A DNA stretch of 64,000 nt. Source: Stegostoma tigrinum (lineage: Eukaryota). Shown one piece after another: positions 25,382 to 38,776 of the stretch; the stretch's first letter is position 1; each line of letters starts with the position of its first letter. The notes beneath the pieces were generated by a model. The model was not told the origin of the DNA. It made no database searches and saw only the letters and a list, made by a program, of their open reading frames with translations. The stretch is taken from assembly GCF_030684315.1 (NCBI RefSeq), contig NC_081379.1:23280637-23344636 (forward strand), written 5' to 3'. Made by a program: the position numbers and the translations under genes.

Positions 25382-25680
25382 TCAAAGAAACATATACTGA
25401 TTATCAATGGCCCGGGAATGACCTCTGGCAGCCGATTCAATTTCATAGTCTGAGTCTCGTTGGTGCCTTATCGGCACAACCACTGAGCCACTTCGCCGCA
25501 GTGCTGGAAGAGATTCCTCAGCAGGGGGCACCATGTGGAATACCTGTTCTGGAGCTGGCCGGGAAAGAAGAGGCTCTGATGCATTGCAGCCGGAAGGACC
25601 CAAGTGAGCAAGACTGGGTTCAGAATTCCAGCGGTGAACGGAAAATGGCAACACTGATGCATTGATTGGAGAATGAGATC
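25382..25680 (-). CDS. SH2B3: SH2B adaptor protein 3 (LNK) terminal coding exon
   Basis: Minus-strand acceptor TTTGTTTCCAAAG; (G)SHSPINASVLPFSVHRWNSEP...RDSDYEIESAARGHSRAIDNQYMFL* with the LNK C-terminal RAIDNQY tyrosine motif. Confidence 0.95.
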
Positions 25681-28600
25681 CTTTGGAAACAAAACAAAAA
25701 TGTGAATCTTAAAACAACTTCTGTCAAACCTTAAATTTAAACTGATTTAACTTTCTGCTGAGTAATTTTGTGGCTACTATGCAAATACAGCAAGTACATC
25801 ACATTCAAAGCATTTTAGTAATTAGGCAGGTAAATTTCAATCCTCATATTTAACTACCCATCTGCTCCTTAATATTTAATAGTCTCGCCACTCCCTAAAA
25901 CTGTTTAACGTTTTAACGTACAATGATCAGTATTTTCTAATAACATTAGTCAGACATTTTATGAAATGTCACAGTCCCAAACATGTGAACCAAATATGCT
26001 TCAATCCAGTATTTTACATGCACACAGATGATGAACACAATGAAGAAACAGCTTTCTAAGACTTTCACAATTTGATTTCAAATACCAGGAACTAATTTCA
26101 AATACATATTTCAGTAAGTGAATTTTCAAATTTCAATCGCAGAAAACATAGACAAGAATGTGACAACAAGGTGTGGAACTGGATGAACACAGCAGGCCAG
26201 GCAGCAGAGAAGCAGGAATCCTGACGTTTCAGGTTCATTAGATAGTCATAGCCCGCAGGAGAAATGCAGATAAGTAACAATTCCCATGTCTTACATATTA
26301 CACGAGTGAGAATTGTCAATAATAGAATTTTATACTGTTCTTTACAAATAGACGTGCAACACAAATCCTGTTCAGCAAGTTTCTGATGAGATCATTTCCT
26401 CCTGTGGAGAAACCGACTTTATGATAGCGACAATCTGGCAGGAAATGGGGACAAGAAACCTAATAAAATTTATACCAAAATGGTAATTTCCTGGAATCTT
26501 ACATGTTCTTTGCCCGCAAGTCTGCCTTTAGCCATATCTTCAGTTTCAAGAATCTGTCATCACAAGTGGAGACAACAAATTGATAACAGGCAGAAATTAG
26601 TGAAGCTCAAAATATGAGGTATCCCTACAAAATACTCCAGAAATAAATCAGGATGGTGCTAAACCCAGAATTATTTTATCCATTATAATGCGTTATTTCA
26701 GAAAGATTAGAACAAACTATTTTTCTTCTCATTCTTCATTTCACTTCCAGATTCTCCTTCGCATGAATTTATAGGTCATCTTGTTTTAAATTTGGAGTGC
26801 TGCCTTTGTGCTAACGAAGTGCTAAATATATTTAATGGGTTTGTTTTTCACACAAATTGTTTCCTCTCTGACCTACTGTTAGTTTTTCTCCATCTTTGAT
26901 CTTATTCCAACAAACATCATAGAATCAAGGAATATCCTCCAAGAATCCTTAGATTATAGAAAGTGCTGAGGGATTGGAAAGCTGCTCACGTAACGAAAAG
27001 CAAGTTGAAAAGAGGCAACTATGGGCCAGTTATCTTAACATCTGTCATTGGGAAAATGTTATAGTCCAGTAGAAAGGATGTGACAGCAGAACATTTAGAA
27101 ATGTATCATGTAAACGAACAAATTCAGCAGGACTTCATGAAAGGAAACCATGCCTTTCGGAGTAACAAACAGGATCGATAAAGTGAAAGCTGTAGGTGCA
27201 ATATTTTTGGATTTCCAAGGCTACTTAATAGGAGCCCACGGTACACACGGTCGTAAAATAACTTGGAGAGAAGATCGGCAAACTAATAGAAAGAGAGATT
27301 GGATAAGGGAATTTGTGGACAGTTGCAGAGGCTGAGATTCTGCAAACACTAACCTGGGCCCCTATGCCTGACTTACTGGCAGTCACACACCCTGGAACCT
27401 GATCACAGATAAAATCTAAATTTGAATTACAGAGTGTGAATGTGCTTGCCTCCTCAAGCAAAGTGGTCAGGTAGCTTTCCACCTGCCCAATGTGGCACAA
27501 TGCCTGTCGCTCCTCAACTCAAATCAGAAGCTCCTCAAGCTGCAAACATTTATGGCTGATCTGTTTGTGTTTGCCTTGGATTACCAGCAGCAACACATCA
27601 CCCATCCTGCCATCACCATCATATTTAATTTAATTTATTAATTACTCTAGAATTGCTGTCTTTTATTGAAATTATTACTTTTAAAATAAGTACCAGTATC
27701 AATACTAGTACAATACCACCACAGTGATGACCTTAGTAGTACTTCTTTGGTTGTAAAGCTTGTTGAGATGTTGGGTTGTCATGAAAGGCACTACACATAA
27801 ATGCAAATCTTTCTTTGCTTTTTCCCCAAATAGTCGTTGGTGGCACTTTCCTTGGACTTCGGTAGACTTTGTAGCAATTGTATTCCTTGAGGTGACCAAA
27901 ACTCTCTTGCAGACATTGCTTGTTTTATTGACAAATAAATTTACAACTTCCTTCTAACATTTTATATCCCTAACAGAATTGTGGATCTACTTACAGCACT
28001 TAGACTGCAGTGGCTCAAGAAAGTAGCTTCCTCTATCTTCCCAAGGCAAGTAGGGACAGGCAATAATTGCCAGCCAAGCCAGTGACACCCACATGCCACG
28101 AGTAAACAAAAACTATTTCTAAGACAGAAGAAAAAGACTGCAGATCTAAACAGAAACTAAAAACTTTCCATTTACTTTAAGAACTAGCAACGTTCAACAA
28201 ACCTATTCAACAAACAGCTGCTTTCCCTGGTTCATAACATCCCTTTGCCAGGAGGCCTCTCAATCTGCACCTTTTCTTCACTTCTGCTCACACCTTGCTC
28301 TTAAGTTTTTGTTTGTTACAGTAAACCTTACATTAAGCACCTGTATCACTCTCTGTACTAAACTTCACTTTGAACCAAGTTCCCAAATATACTCATTCAG
28401 GCAAAGTCTCCACTCATGCTGACCTTGTGCATACCCTCTAGTTACCAACAGGTCTGTCAGTGCCAGAGGTCAAGAATACCAGACCATGCTGGATTGCCAA
28501 AAGATGTCACCACATGGCAATAACACCATCACAGACACCCTATCCATAAGCCCACATCCCACTTGGCCTGGAGTGGGGAAAACAACAGGGATACTCTCTG

Positions 28601-29864
28601 CCTGCCCTCAGCACTCATGGTCTTTCACCTTTCATTACAAGAGTCACAAAGTAGTATTTGGTTGCTGCCGCAGACAGAACGAATTCAGCACAGGCCCCTG
28701 TCACTACACAAATGAAGAGCTCAAAGGCATCCGAGAACACAGAGTGGAAAGACCGGTTAAAGACCAGGTGAATGGCCAGCCTAGTTATCTCCTTATCTTA
28801 GCTAACCCCTCATATCCAGGCTAACAGTGAAGGAGCCACAGTTCAGGAGAGATGTTAGGAAAAACTTCTACGCACAAAGGGTGGAAAATGTTTGGAACTC
28901 TCTTCCACCAAAGGTAGTGGATATAGGGTCAGTTGTTAATTTTAAATCTGAGATAAATACATTTTTGTTAGCAAATGGTATTCAGGTATATGGACCAATG
29001 GCAGGTAAATGGAGTTAGGCCTCAGATCAGCCACAATCTCACTGAACAGTAAATCAGGCTCCGGGTCTAAATGGTCTCGTCTTGTTCCGATGTTGATGCC
29101 TTCTGCTCATGATGTCTTATGACTAGCCACCAGAAAGGGTGGAAAAACCCAAGTATGTGCTCCCTAACTGTCTTGCTACCTCTCCTCTGTACAGTTTAAT
29201 TATAACAAATAGCAGGCTGTCTAAAGAATCATAGCCCAACTTACCTCAGAACTAAAACCAGTGGCAAATGAGCCAAATTGGTCAGCTCATCTTCTATACT
29301 TTAGAAAAGAGGTCTAGAACAACTAGCATGTTCAGGTATTACTGGTTCTTTACTGGCTTTTTCTGCTGGTACCACTCTGTAGGCGTCATTCATTACACAA
29401 AGATATTTTCTGCACCAAATGAAAGACAAAACTGAACAGAGTCAGGGCACAAAAAAAAACACAAACCTGCAGAAATTCCAAGATATAAGCATTTAACACA
29501 CAGCAACAGAATGCCTGTGCTGCACATAAAGTTCGGAAAGAAATTGCTGGGAAGTGTTTGATCTATTCCATGTTCATATGTAGTCAAACAGGTTACAGAC
29601 TGAAATCTCTGTGCAACTGGTAGAGGACATATGTCTGTCAATACAGACTGTACTGTTAACTATTTATCTCTGAACGTTGACTGCCCATTAGAGAGAACAG
29701 CAGTAATAAACAGACGGTCACATTCTTCCGATAATAAAAGTGCTGCTCAAAGCACGAGATATTGGTGCTGGGGAATTAAACACTTGACCTTTCAGACATC
29801 TGCCATCAGCCTGAGTTCTCCTTTTCCTCTGCCCTAACACTATGATGCAGCTCAAACCCCAAAG

Positions 29865-30497
29865 GTATAGAACATAGAACATTACAGCACAGTACAGGCC
29901 CTTCGGCCCTCGATGTTGTGCCGACCTGTCATACCGATCTCAAGCCCATCTAACCTACACTATTCCATGTACGTCCATATGCTTGTCCAATGACGACTTA
30001 AATGTACTTAAAGTTGGCGAATCTACTACCGTTGCAGGCAAAGCGTTCCACACCCTTACTACTCTCCGAGTAAAGAAACTACCTCTGACATCTGTCCTAT
30101 ATCTTTCACCCCTTAATTTAAAGCTATGCCCCCTCGTGCTCGCCGTCACCATCCTAGGAAAAAGGCTCTCCCTCTCCAACCCTCTGATTATTTTATATGT
30201 CTCAATTAAGTCACCTCTCAACCTTCTTCTCTCTAACGAAAACAGCCTCAAGTCCCTCAGCATTTCCTCGTAAGACCTTCCCTCCATACCAGGCGACATC
30301 CTAGTAAATCTCCTCTGCACCCTTTCCAAAGCTTCCACATCCTTCTTATAATGCGGTGACCAGAACTGTACACAATACTCCAAGTGCAGCCGCACCAGGG
30401 TTTTGTACAACTGCAGCATAACCTAATGGTTCCGGAATTCGATCCCTCCATTAATAAAAGCTAAAACACTGTATGCCTTCTTAACAACCCTGCCACC
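29865..30497 (-). mobile_element. Young CR1 LINE 3' fragment
   Basis: ORF 29955-30419 (LYKTLVRLHLEYCVQFWSP...TRGHSFKL); 3' tail with GTTCTAT-type repeats. Confidence 0.92.
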
Positions 30498-31059
30498 TGT
30501 ATAGGCAAGTGATTTGCTTCGTCCATTTATCACATCTTTTGGCGGCATATCTCTCCAAGCAGTATTGATCTGGGACAAAACCATCCTTTCCCCTGGACAG
30601 CTGCAGCCCATTAGTGTCCAATGACTTACCAGACACACATCAGTACTCTATACCAGCTTTAAAGGTGCATACAGCACCAGTATCTGTGCTGGTGGCTACA
30701 ACTATCAGATCAAATACGAGGGCTCCTTTACTGAGTCTTTGGTCTGCTGTTGATGAGAGGCGGCAGATTTAGGGTATGTAAAAGTAGAAGATCAGAAGGG
30801 AAACATTGGGCTGAGTTAGAAAATAAGAGAGCCATGATCCTAGAATCAGCAGTTCACTCCACATGGCATATAGCAGATTGAGAGTTGGGAAATGGCTTAA
30901 GGCAGAGCCATCCTGCATTCCTCAATTCCAAATGCCACAAGCTCTGTCACGGTTGAGTCCATGATACAGAGAGGCATTCTCACTGGAGATAGAGTATTTG
31001 AGCCCCGAGTGGTTGAGTGAATGATGGCGTAAACAGTGGTAAATAGGAAGACTTGTTTA

Positions 31060-31260
31060 CAGTCACTGATCTTGACCAACACCGTAAGGTTTTTAACCAC
31101 CGCTGCTAGCTCCTTTGGTACCTTCCTTTGGAACTGAGCGCCCTGGCCACTTGCTCAATCCTTTCTGACAGTGGTCCTTCAGACTTGCTGGACTCTGGAA
31201 GAACCATATAGTGGGTCTTCTCCTGCATACCTTCACCACTAAGGCCTCCAAGGATCATAT
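31060..31260 (-). mobile_element. Possible PIF/Harbinger Myb/SANT-like ORF remnant
   Basis: LEALVVKVCRRR...EQVARALSS...RS*QR...KNLTVLVKIS loosely resembles the Harbinger DNA-binding protein; heavily decayed. Confidence 0.3.
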
Positions 31261-34200
31261 ACATAACCTTTGAACATTCCTAGTGTCCTGGTGTTGTATT
31301 TTGTTCTTCATGATATCAGCAATCTCCTGTAACTCAGTACAGTTTTCCTTTAAGAGTGATGGCCCGCCTTTCAGCAAAAAAGGCTGATTACACAATGGGT
31401 CTCTGCAGACACTGCTCAGTTCTCTGCTGAGCATTGAGGCACCCAGTATCTTGGCATATGCTGAGCCCTATGCTACAATCGTGCAGATGAGGTGACAACA
31501 TCAAATTTACCACCAGAACCAAAGCTGGCAGGTTGAGAATGATGATGTGTGCAGCCAAAAAAATTGGTGCAACCCAATTTTTAGTTCAAGATTTTGCACT
31601 AGACGGACTGAGTTCTCAGTAGCATTTAATTTTACTGTATGTTAAAGCTTCAAATCCTTCAGAATTATTAGCAAGTGATTTTAGATGTATTCCTTAAAAA
31701 TGCAGAGACGGATAAATGTTTACAGCATTAACTGTGGGTAATTAAGGAAAAGTCACTTTCTCACGGCAAAATCTACTCTTATTCAGTACATTTTGAGTAC
31801 AGATTACACAGTCAGCTGTTCCACTTCCAGTCAAGTAGACAAAGGAAGTGATACTCTTCATCAGAAAGAGTAAAGCTGCATGTTACGTAAATGAAAGGAG
31901 GTCACAGCAAAGCTGGACTATGGTGAGCTGTTATGGTAAAACATTCTTGTCATGATGCCAAAGTTACTGAATTTGGGGAAGGAAACGAGAACTGATAAAG
32001 TTTCACCTGTGCCTGGTTCTACACACACTTCCCTACATTAATATATGTAAAGTTAAGAGATAATTATATACTGTTGTTAAGTCACAAAAGATATAAAATC
32101 TAACAGCACAGAGCAGAAGAGCTGAATATTAAATAGTTTATGAATTGAAAGTTCAGCTAATGCAATAATTGGAGTCAGCATATATAATAAATACACCCAA
32201 TACAAACACTTGTAATTAAGGCTGTACATTGTTAAAATTCATTCACTTCACATGCTAATCCAACTCAGCTGCATGCCTTTGAATGGAAACCATTTGATAA
32301 ACTAGGAGACCAATGCATTATGATCTGATCAAGAGGCAAAATCATTAATTACACAAAGCAACATATATTTTGTAACCCTGAGTTACAAATTCCCACAACA
32401 TGAGATTGAATCAACAACAACCTCGTATTTCATTCTACATTATCCTGTGACATGCAGGGGAAGCATGATACAGAAAGGTGCTAATCAGCAAGGAAAACTT
32501 CACATTTCGATGTCAAAGAAATGGTTTTTGGGGAAAATGCTAATGAGATTATCAGGAAATTTGAGAATAATCTGGTATTGGCATAATGAGCACAATTTCC
32601 AGGTTGGATGCCTGCAGGGAATTCTAGGCCAGGTGTGGTCTAAAGGACTTAATACCATTTTCTTTCTCCCTGCCTTGTTACCCAATATGGAAATGGTAAA
32701 GATGATTGTTCCAGACTACCGCACCAGGGGGTGGTATAACACACCAGTTCACAAAAATATCATTAAAATTGGCATCAATGTGGGCAAGTTGCATCCGACC
32801 AAGAAAAACAGCCAAAACTATCCTACATAAACACTTTGGCAGATACAGGTAGTAGAACAGTAAGTAACATTAGCAGACCAGCTTAACAACACCTGAGACC
32901 TTCTTAATATGCATTAAACATGGCTCAGAATATCAAAATTGAGATATTTTAAGTAAGAGTTACAGTTCTAAAATAAATTTAAAATATCAGCCTACTGCAG
33001 CAATAATCAATTTAGTTATTTATCAGGAAACTACACTGAAAAGTGACATGCAGCGGGTAAACAAAATTACAACCACATAAAACCAAGCAACAACTCCCAA
33101 GTTTGCCAAATTAATATTCTGTGTAATAAATCACAAATGTACTTTACATATGAGAACCTACCAAATGACCAGCAAAACAGAACTATTGAGAGCAGCAAAT
33201 AACCATCTGTGAGCAAAATCTCCCAAGTGAAGCAAAAACAAGATTCTATCACAAACAACTAAACATTCACAATTGAGAAACTTACAATTAAAGTAAATGA
33301 AAAAATGACCACAGCATACATTTGAAATATTACTACAGAATAATATAGCCTAGAAGTGATTTAAATAATGACCCAGAAATTAGCAGAAAGACAAAATAGA
33401 ACATAAGCACCAGGAATTTATGGGACTGGACCAATAAGGACCCAAAAGTAGTATGAATTTCTACTAATATGCAAAAAGACAGGCAAGAAATTTAGAACAA
33501 AAGTGTAGAAGGTGTTTTTTAGAAGCTAATGCAGGAAAAATCAGAATGGGGGAATAAAAGAAATAGCCCATATACTAAACAAATATCTTTTGTCTGTCTT
33601 CACACAGCAGAAGGTACAAAAATTGTTCCAGAAATAGCAGGGTCTGATGAGGGTGAAATATAAAAGAAGATCTAAAAGAAGTAGCTGCAGAGATATCATT
33701 GTAGTAACTTTCTAAAACTCCCCAATTTCTGAAAAAGTCCCAGCAGATTTGAAGGTATTAAAGTATTTGTCCCTATTAAGACAGCAACAACACGGTACTT
33801 GGAAACAGAAGTCAAAATTACTTCCCTTCTCTCCACACCAACCCTCCAACCCAGTATTCAGTGATTTTTTTTTGGTTTTCTGGGGCTTTTTATCTCATTC
33901 TTACGAATTCATCGATAGCAATATTTGCTGACACTAAAACTGCTGGGCAACCATGCATGCATGCTCACTTGGAAACACACATGGTTCTAGGCCCTGTACA
34001 GTGTTGTATCATGCACAAAGTCCGCACTATGCATGTGCTCAAAACAGTCGCAGCACTGAAGCTGGACTCAGAGGGGGCTTCAGTAGAGGTGGTTGAGAAC
34101 AGAGAGGGGGCAGAGAGGACTGGGTCAGGGGGTGAAAAGAGAGCGAGCAAGGGGCAAGAGGACAGGTGGTTGTCAGAGAATGGGCAGTCAAGAGTGAATG

Positions 34201-36589
34201 ATCGAGAGAGAAAACAGAAGAGGGGAAAGAGAGAATGGGCAGCAGGAGACAGGAGATGAGAACAGAGACAAACTTCCCTACACCACCCTGCCTTGATCCC
34301 TCCCCTCCCTCGGCTTGATCCCTAATGGCCACATCCATCAACGAGCATGCAGTATTTACAAGGAATTGTGCATGTTCTCCACAGTATCAGCAAACTCAGC
34401 CTTTATTTATTAGATGGTGCAGATGCATGGCAACAGTACCTTCTGTATTTCAGCTAACAAATAGTGCACTTGGACTCTCACATCATCAAAATTAGAAGAA
34501 ATCACCTCCACTCAAATTCATAATACACAAAAAAACTGTTAGTTTTCTTAGGCATCACATATATAAATTGCCACAAGATAATAAAAATAAGTTAGCAAAA
34601 GTTTTTATTTAACTGCACATCCCTCTGTACACTAAAAGCCATCACCATAAATATTCTTCCTGCAGTCTGGCAAGGTTACAGCTAAACAATTGCATGTTTG
34701 TCTCTAACATAGTCACTGCTTTCACAATAATTCACCACATTTTGAGATGTGAAGACACCAAAGTGCAAATCCTTATGAAATAAAACTGTTCAAGTATTAA
34801 AGTGTCCATATGACAGAGTGTTTATTCTAATAGCATCCACAGCAGTTTTCTTTATATAGTAGCTTCCTGACCTTGAGTAATCCTAAAATACGGATTTCAT
34901 ATTAGCTTGCAAGGAATAAAACTTTCAGCGCAGTCATGCCCTCCTCACTTCAGAGCCTAGTACATCCCACTTTGTAGAACGCTCTCTCGTTCCTTGCAGC
35001 CTCCCACATTCACCTTTGAGGATACCCTCCTTTGGAACTTCTCAAGTTCCCTTACAAGCCATCACTTACTCTTTTGCAGTTCATTGCTCCTTCCCAGACC
35101 AGCCTCACTCACTCTTCTATTGCTCCTTCCTCACCTTCCCACTGCTGCTCCAACAATAGGCTGCCCCTCTCCCAGATTTGATTCTGTTACGCTCAATGTG
35201 AGCTTATCAGTAGAAAATGCAGAAGAGAACCAGCCTATGATTGATGGACAGCTTTTGGAAGTATATTTGCAACCCTCTCCCTCCTGCCATCCTGTATTTT
35301 GAGCCCTGATTGGAAAGCCATACTATGATTAGGCAGAGGCAACTGTTTTATGAAAGGGAAATCATGACTAAAAATCTACTACAATTTATGTTCTATGTAA
35401 CTAGCAGAGCAGATAAAGGATATAGTACATCTGGATTTTTCCCAAGATAGTCTTGGTTTCAAAAAGAATTAGGAAAAGAGACTTATGAAGCCAATACAGA
35501 ATTTTTTTTTAAACTGAGATAGTTAGCAGGCTTCAAAGCAGTATTTGTTCAACTTTTATAAATAGAATTCAACATTCAACTGAGTCCCAGGTGTGAGGTT
35601 TTACAAAGGAATATGTTACAGTGTGCTTTAGGAGGTTTCCCAGATTTGCCCTCCATGCTAGGATTTCAGGCGCAATATGGGAGCAACTGGCTTCAGTAGT
35701 CCAGGGTTAGGGAGAGCTAAGTCAGACAAGCTTCTCTCTCTGATCACAAGTAAAAGGAGTGGGTCACTGCTGAGGACAGTACTGAGCTTATCTGTTGTTC
35801 TGATAAGGGTCAAACTTTGCAAGAAGGAGAGGGGGAGGTTACTGACAAAAAGTAACTCGCAGGGCAAAAAGTGCAATTTTGTGTATGAGTTCAAAAGTTG
35901 TGTTGAAACGCTTTTGGATAGCAACGCAGACTAAAATGTTACCATTTCTTTACAATTAAGTACAAAAATGGGAATAAAAATTTCTGAGGAAAGAGTGTCT
36001 GAAGTTTTTAATGGAATTTTATGTATTAGATACAAACAGGTAGTTGAGGAACTCACATTCAGACATTACCCGCTAAGATACACAGACCAGGTCGATGATT
36101 TACAGCAATCGAAACCACATTGTGCTCAAACATGCAACAATTTTTAGCAAGAATCCAATTGTATGATAAATTTTCCTGTAGTTGAAACTGGGATAGTTAC
36201 AATCCCCACACGCTGAGTGCAATGCCAAATATCGGGAAGGGTAATCAGCCTTCAGTGGATGCAGTCTTCGCTGTTTATCCAGAAAACTGCAATTGACAGA
36301 TGGTGTACATATTTGCACCAGTAAGTGCTCATTCCAGGAACAAATCTGCACAGGAAGTGCTGCTATTATCCCATCCAATCAATGTAAGTCATACAATCTA
36401 CAGGAATACACTAAAATCTGGCATGTGTGATCCTCTATTATAACTTCCGATCAATTCTTCAGTATCTCAACATTTTTAGAATATATTTGATGTTTCTCCA
36501 GCAACAAGATTTTCAGCCTAATTTGGCTTAATTCTGTAATTACTTTTTCTCACACTTTTAACAAGGGAATATCAGTCAGCACCATTTCA

Positions 36590-38150
36590 AAATGAAGTCT
36601 TAACAAAGTAGAATGACATGCAATAACTATCACTATAAGACAAAGTACCATGACAACTAATGAGGCTAAAAGCTGATAAGTTACATAGACCTGATGAGTT
36701 CCATCCTAGGTTACTAAAGGAAGTCACTATAAAGATTGTGGATGCACTGGTCGCAATTCTCCTTGCACCCTTTGATTCTGGGAAGCACCAAAGGATTAGA
36801 AGATTGCCAGTGTAACACCTTTATTTAAAAAGGGAAGGAGACAAAATAACAGACAACTATAGGCCAGTGAGCTTGACATTTGTGATTGGGAAAACATCAG
36901 AGTCTACATTAAACGATTTAACAGCAAAGTGTTTAGAAATACATACTCTTAATAATGCATAATATAATCAAACAGCATGGATTTGAGAAGGGGAAAGCAT
37001 TCCTGATAATTTTGTTAAATTTTTTTTCTAGAAACAAGTCGGGTAGATAAAGGGGAACCAATGTTTAGATTTCCAATATTTAGAACCAACATTTAGATTT
37101 TCAGTGTGCATTTGATAAGGTACCATACATTAGGGTCTTATTTTATAAAGTAGCCTATGGTGTTGGGAGTAGTATATTAGCAACAGAGAGAAGATTGCCA
37201 GCTGGTAGAAGACAGTGAGGTGGGATAAGATGTGCTACAGGGATCAATGATTATTTACAACAATTATTCACTTCTTTCATCCAAGTTGCTGTGAATGTAC
37301 GACAGCCAATAATGTGGATGACAGAAAAATAGATGGAAAGGCAAGCGGTGAGGATGACAGAGAGTCTGCAGAGGGTTATAAAAGTTAAGTGAATGGATTG
37401 TAATGTGAGACAATGTGAGGTTATGCACAATGGCAAGAAAAATAGGGGAGCTGAATATTATTTAAATGGAGAAAAACTGTAGAAAGCTGCAGCACAGAGG
37501 AATTTGGGGGTGTACAAGTTTATCAGTTAATAGGGAAGACAAATAAATTTATTTTAAAAGGAATAGAATATAAATATAACTAGTCTCATTAAACTGTACA
37601 AGTACTAGTTGGACCACACCTAGGATACCATGAACAGTTTTAGTTTCCTCACCTAAGGGCAGATACACGAAATTTGGATGCAGTCCAGAGAAGATTCACA
37701 AGATTTATCTCAGATATGGAGGAATTTTATTAGGAGGAGATGCTGAACAGGTTGGGCCTGTACTCCTTAGAGTTTAGAAGGATAAGAAGAGACATGATTG
37801 AAACATACAAGTTTCTTAGAGAGCTTGGCAGGGTTGAAGCTGAAAGTTTTTTCCCTTGCGGGAATCTAGGATCAGAGGGCATATTCTCAGAGTAAGGGAT
37901 CACCCAGTTAGGGCAGAGAAAAGGAGGAATTTCTTCACTCTATAGTGAATCTGTAGAATTCTTTACTGCAGAGGGCTGTTCAGGCTTGGTTTTTATGTAT
38001 ACTCAAGGGTGAGACAGATAGATCTTTAAACAAGGCAATCAAGGCTTGGGGGAAAAGGCAGGAAAGTGAAGTTGGGTATGATCAGATTAGCAAATGATTT
38101 AATTGAATAGAATCGGAAGATGTCGTCTAGCATCTCTCTTGTGGTGTTAT
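36590..38150 (+). mobile_element. Old CR1 LINE ORF2 remnant
   Basis: Degenerate NYRPVSLT, QHGF, FDKVPH and RRFTR motifs with many stops and frameshifts. Confidence 0.8.
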
Positions 38151-38748
38151 GAACTCTAATAGTTTCTGTTACTTTTCTGAGTCAGTTGCTTTACATATTG
38201 GAGTAATTTTCACGACTAAGGGAGTTGGTTTTCCTGGTATCAGCCAGCTGAACTAACATCATCGGACATTTCCATTAATCCAGATGAACTCGCCATTTCA
38301 CCCCTGTACTCTCCCCTTATAGATAGTCTCAAATGTCCCTTTTTCCAGAAGCACTCACTGTGTCAAACAAAAATAACAAATTCAAATAAAAATCAAACAG
38401 AAGTCAAACAGCATTTTGTGTTACCTCTTGGTATAGGAAATTAAGGGAACATTTATGTTGTCCAAACTCATTACCAGTAAGCATTTCCTACTTCTGAATT
38501 CTGACTCCCCAAATTCATATATCCCCAGGCCACAGGCTGACCCTTGTGGATACCTAGGGACAATGGATCAAATGCAGATAAATGAAGTTCAAATGCATCA
38601 GGCATGATCTAAGAGACTGGTGGGAAAGGACAAGAAGGTGAATGACTTCAGAGATAATGGGAACTCAGATGCTGGAGAATCTGAGATAACAAAGTGTGGA
38701 GCTGGATGAGCACAGCAGGCCAAGCAGCATCTCAGGAGCACAAAAGCT

Positions 38749-38776
38749 GACATTTCGGGCCTAGGCCCTTCATCAG
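38749..38776 (-). ncRNA. Minimal hammerhead ribozyme core within a Penelope terminus (element ~38650-38780)
   Basis: Minus strand CUGAUGA-A-GGGC(CUAG)GCCC-GAAA-U-GUC; a second copy at 39051-39078 reads CUGAAGA-A-GGGU(CUAC)GCCU-GAAA-C-AUC. Confidence 0.5.

Noticed and set aside
25354-25692. Antisense and alternative-frame ORFs over the last SH2B3 exon
   Set aside because: Expected by-products of a GC-rich coding exon; no independent support.
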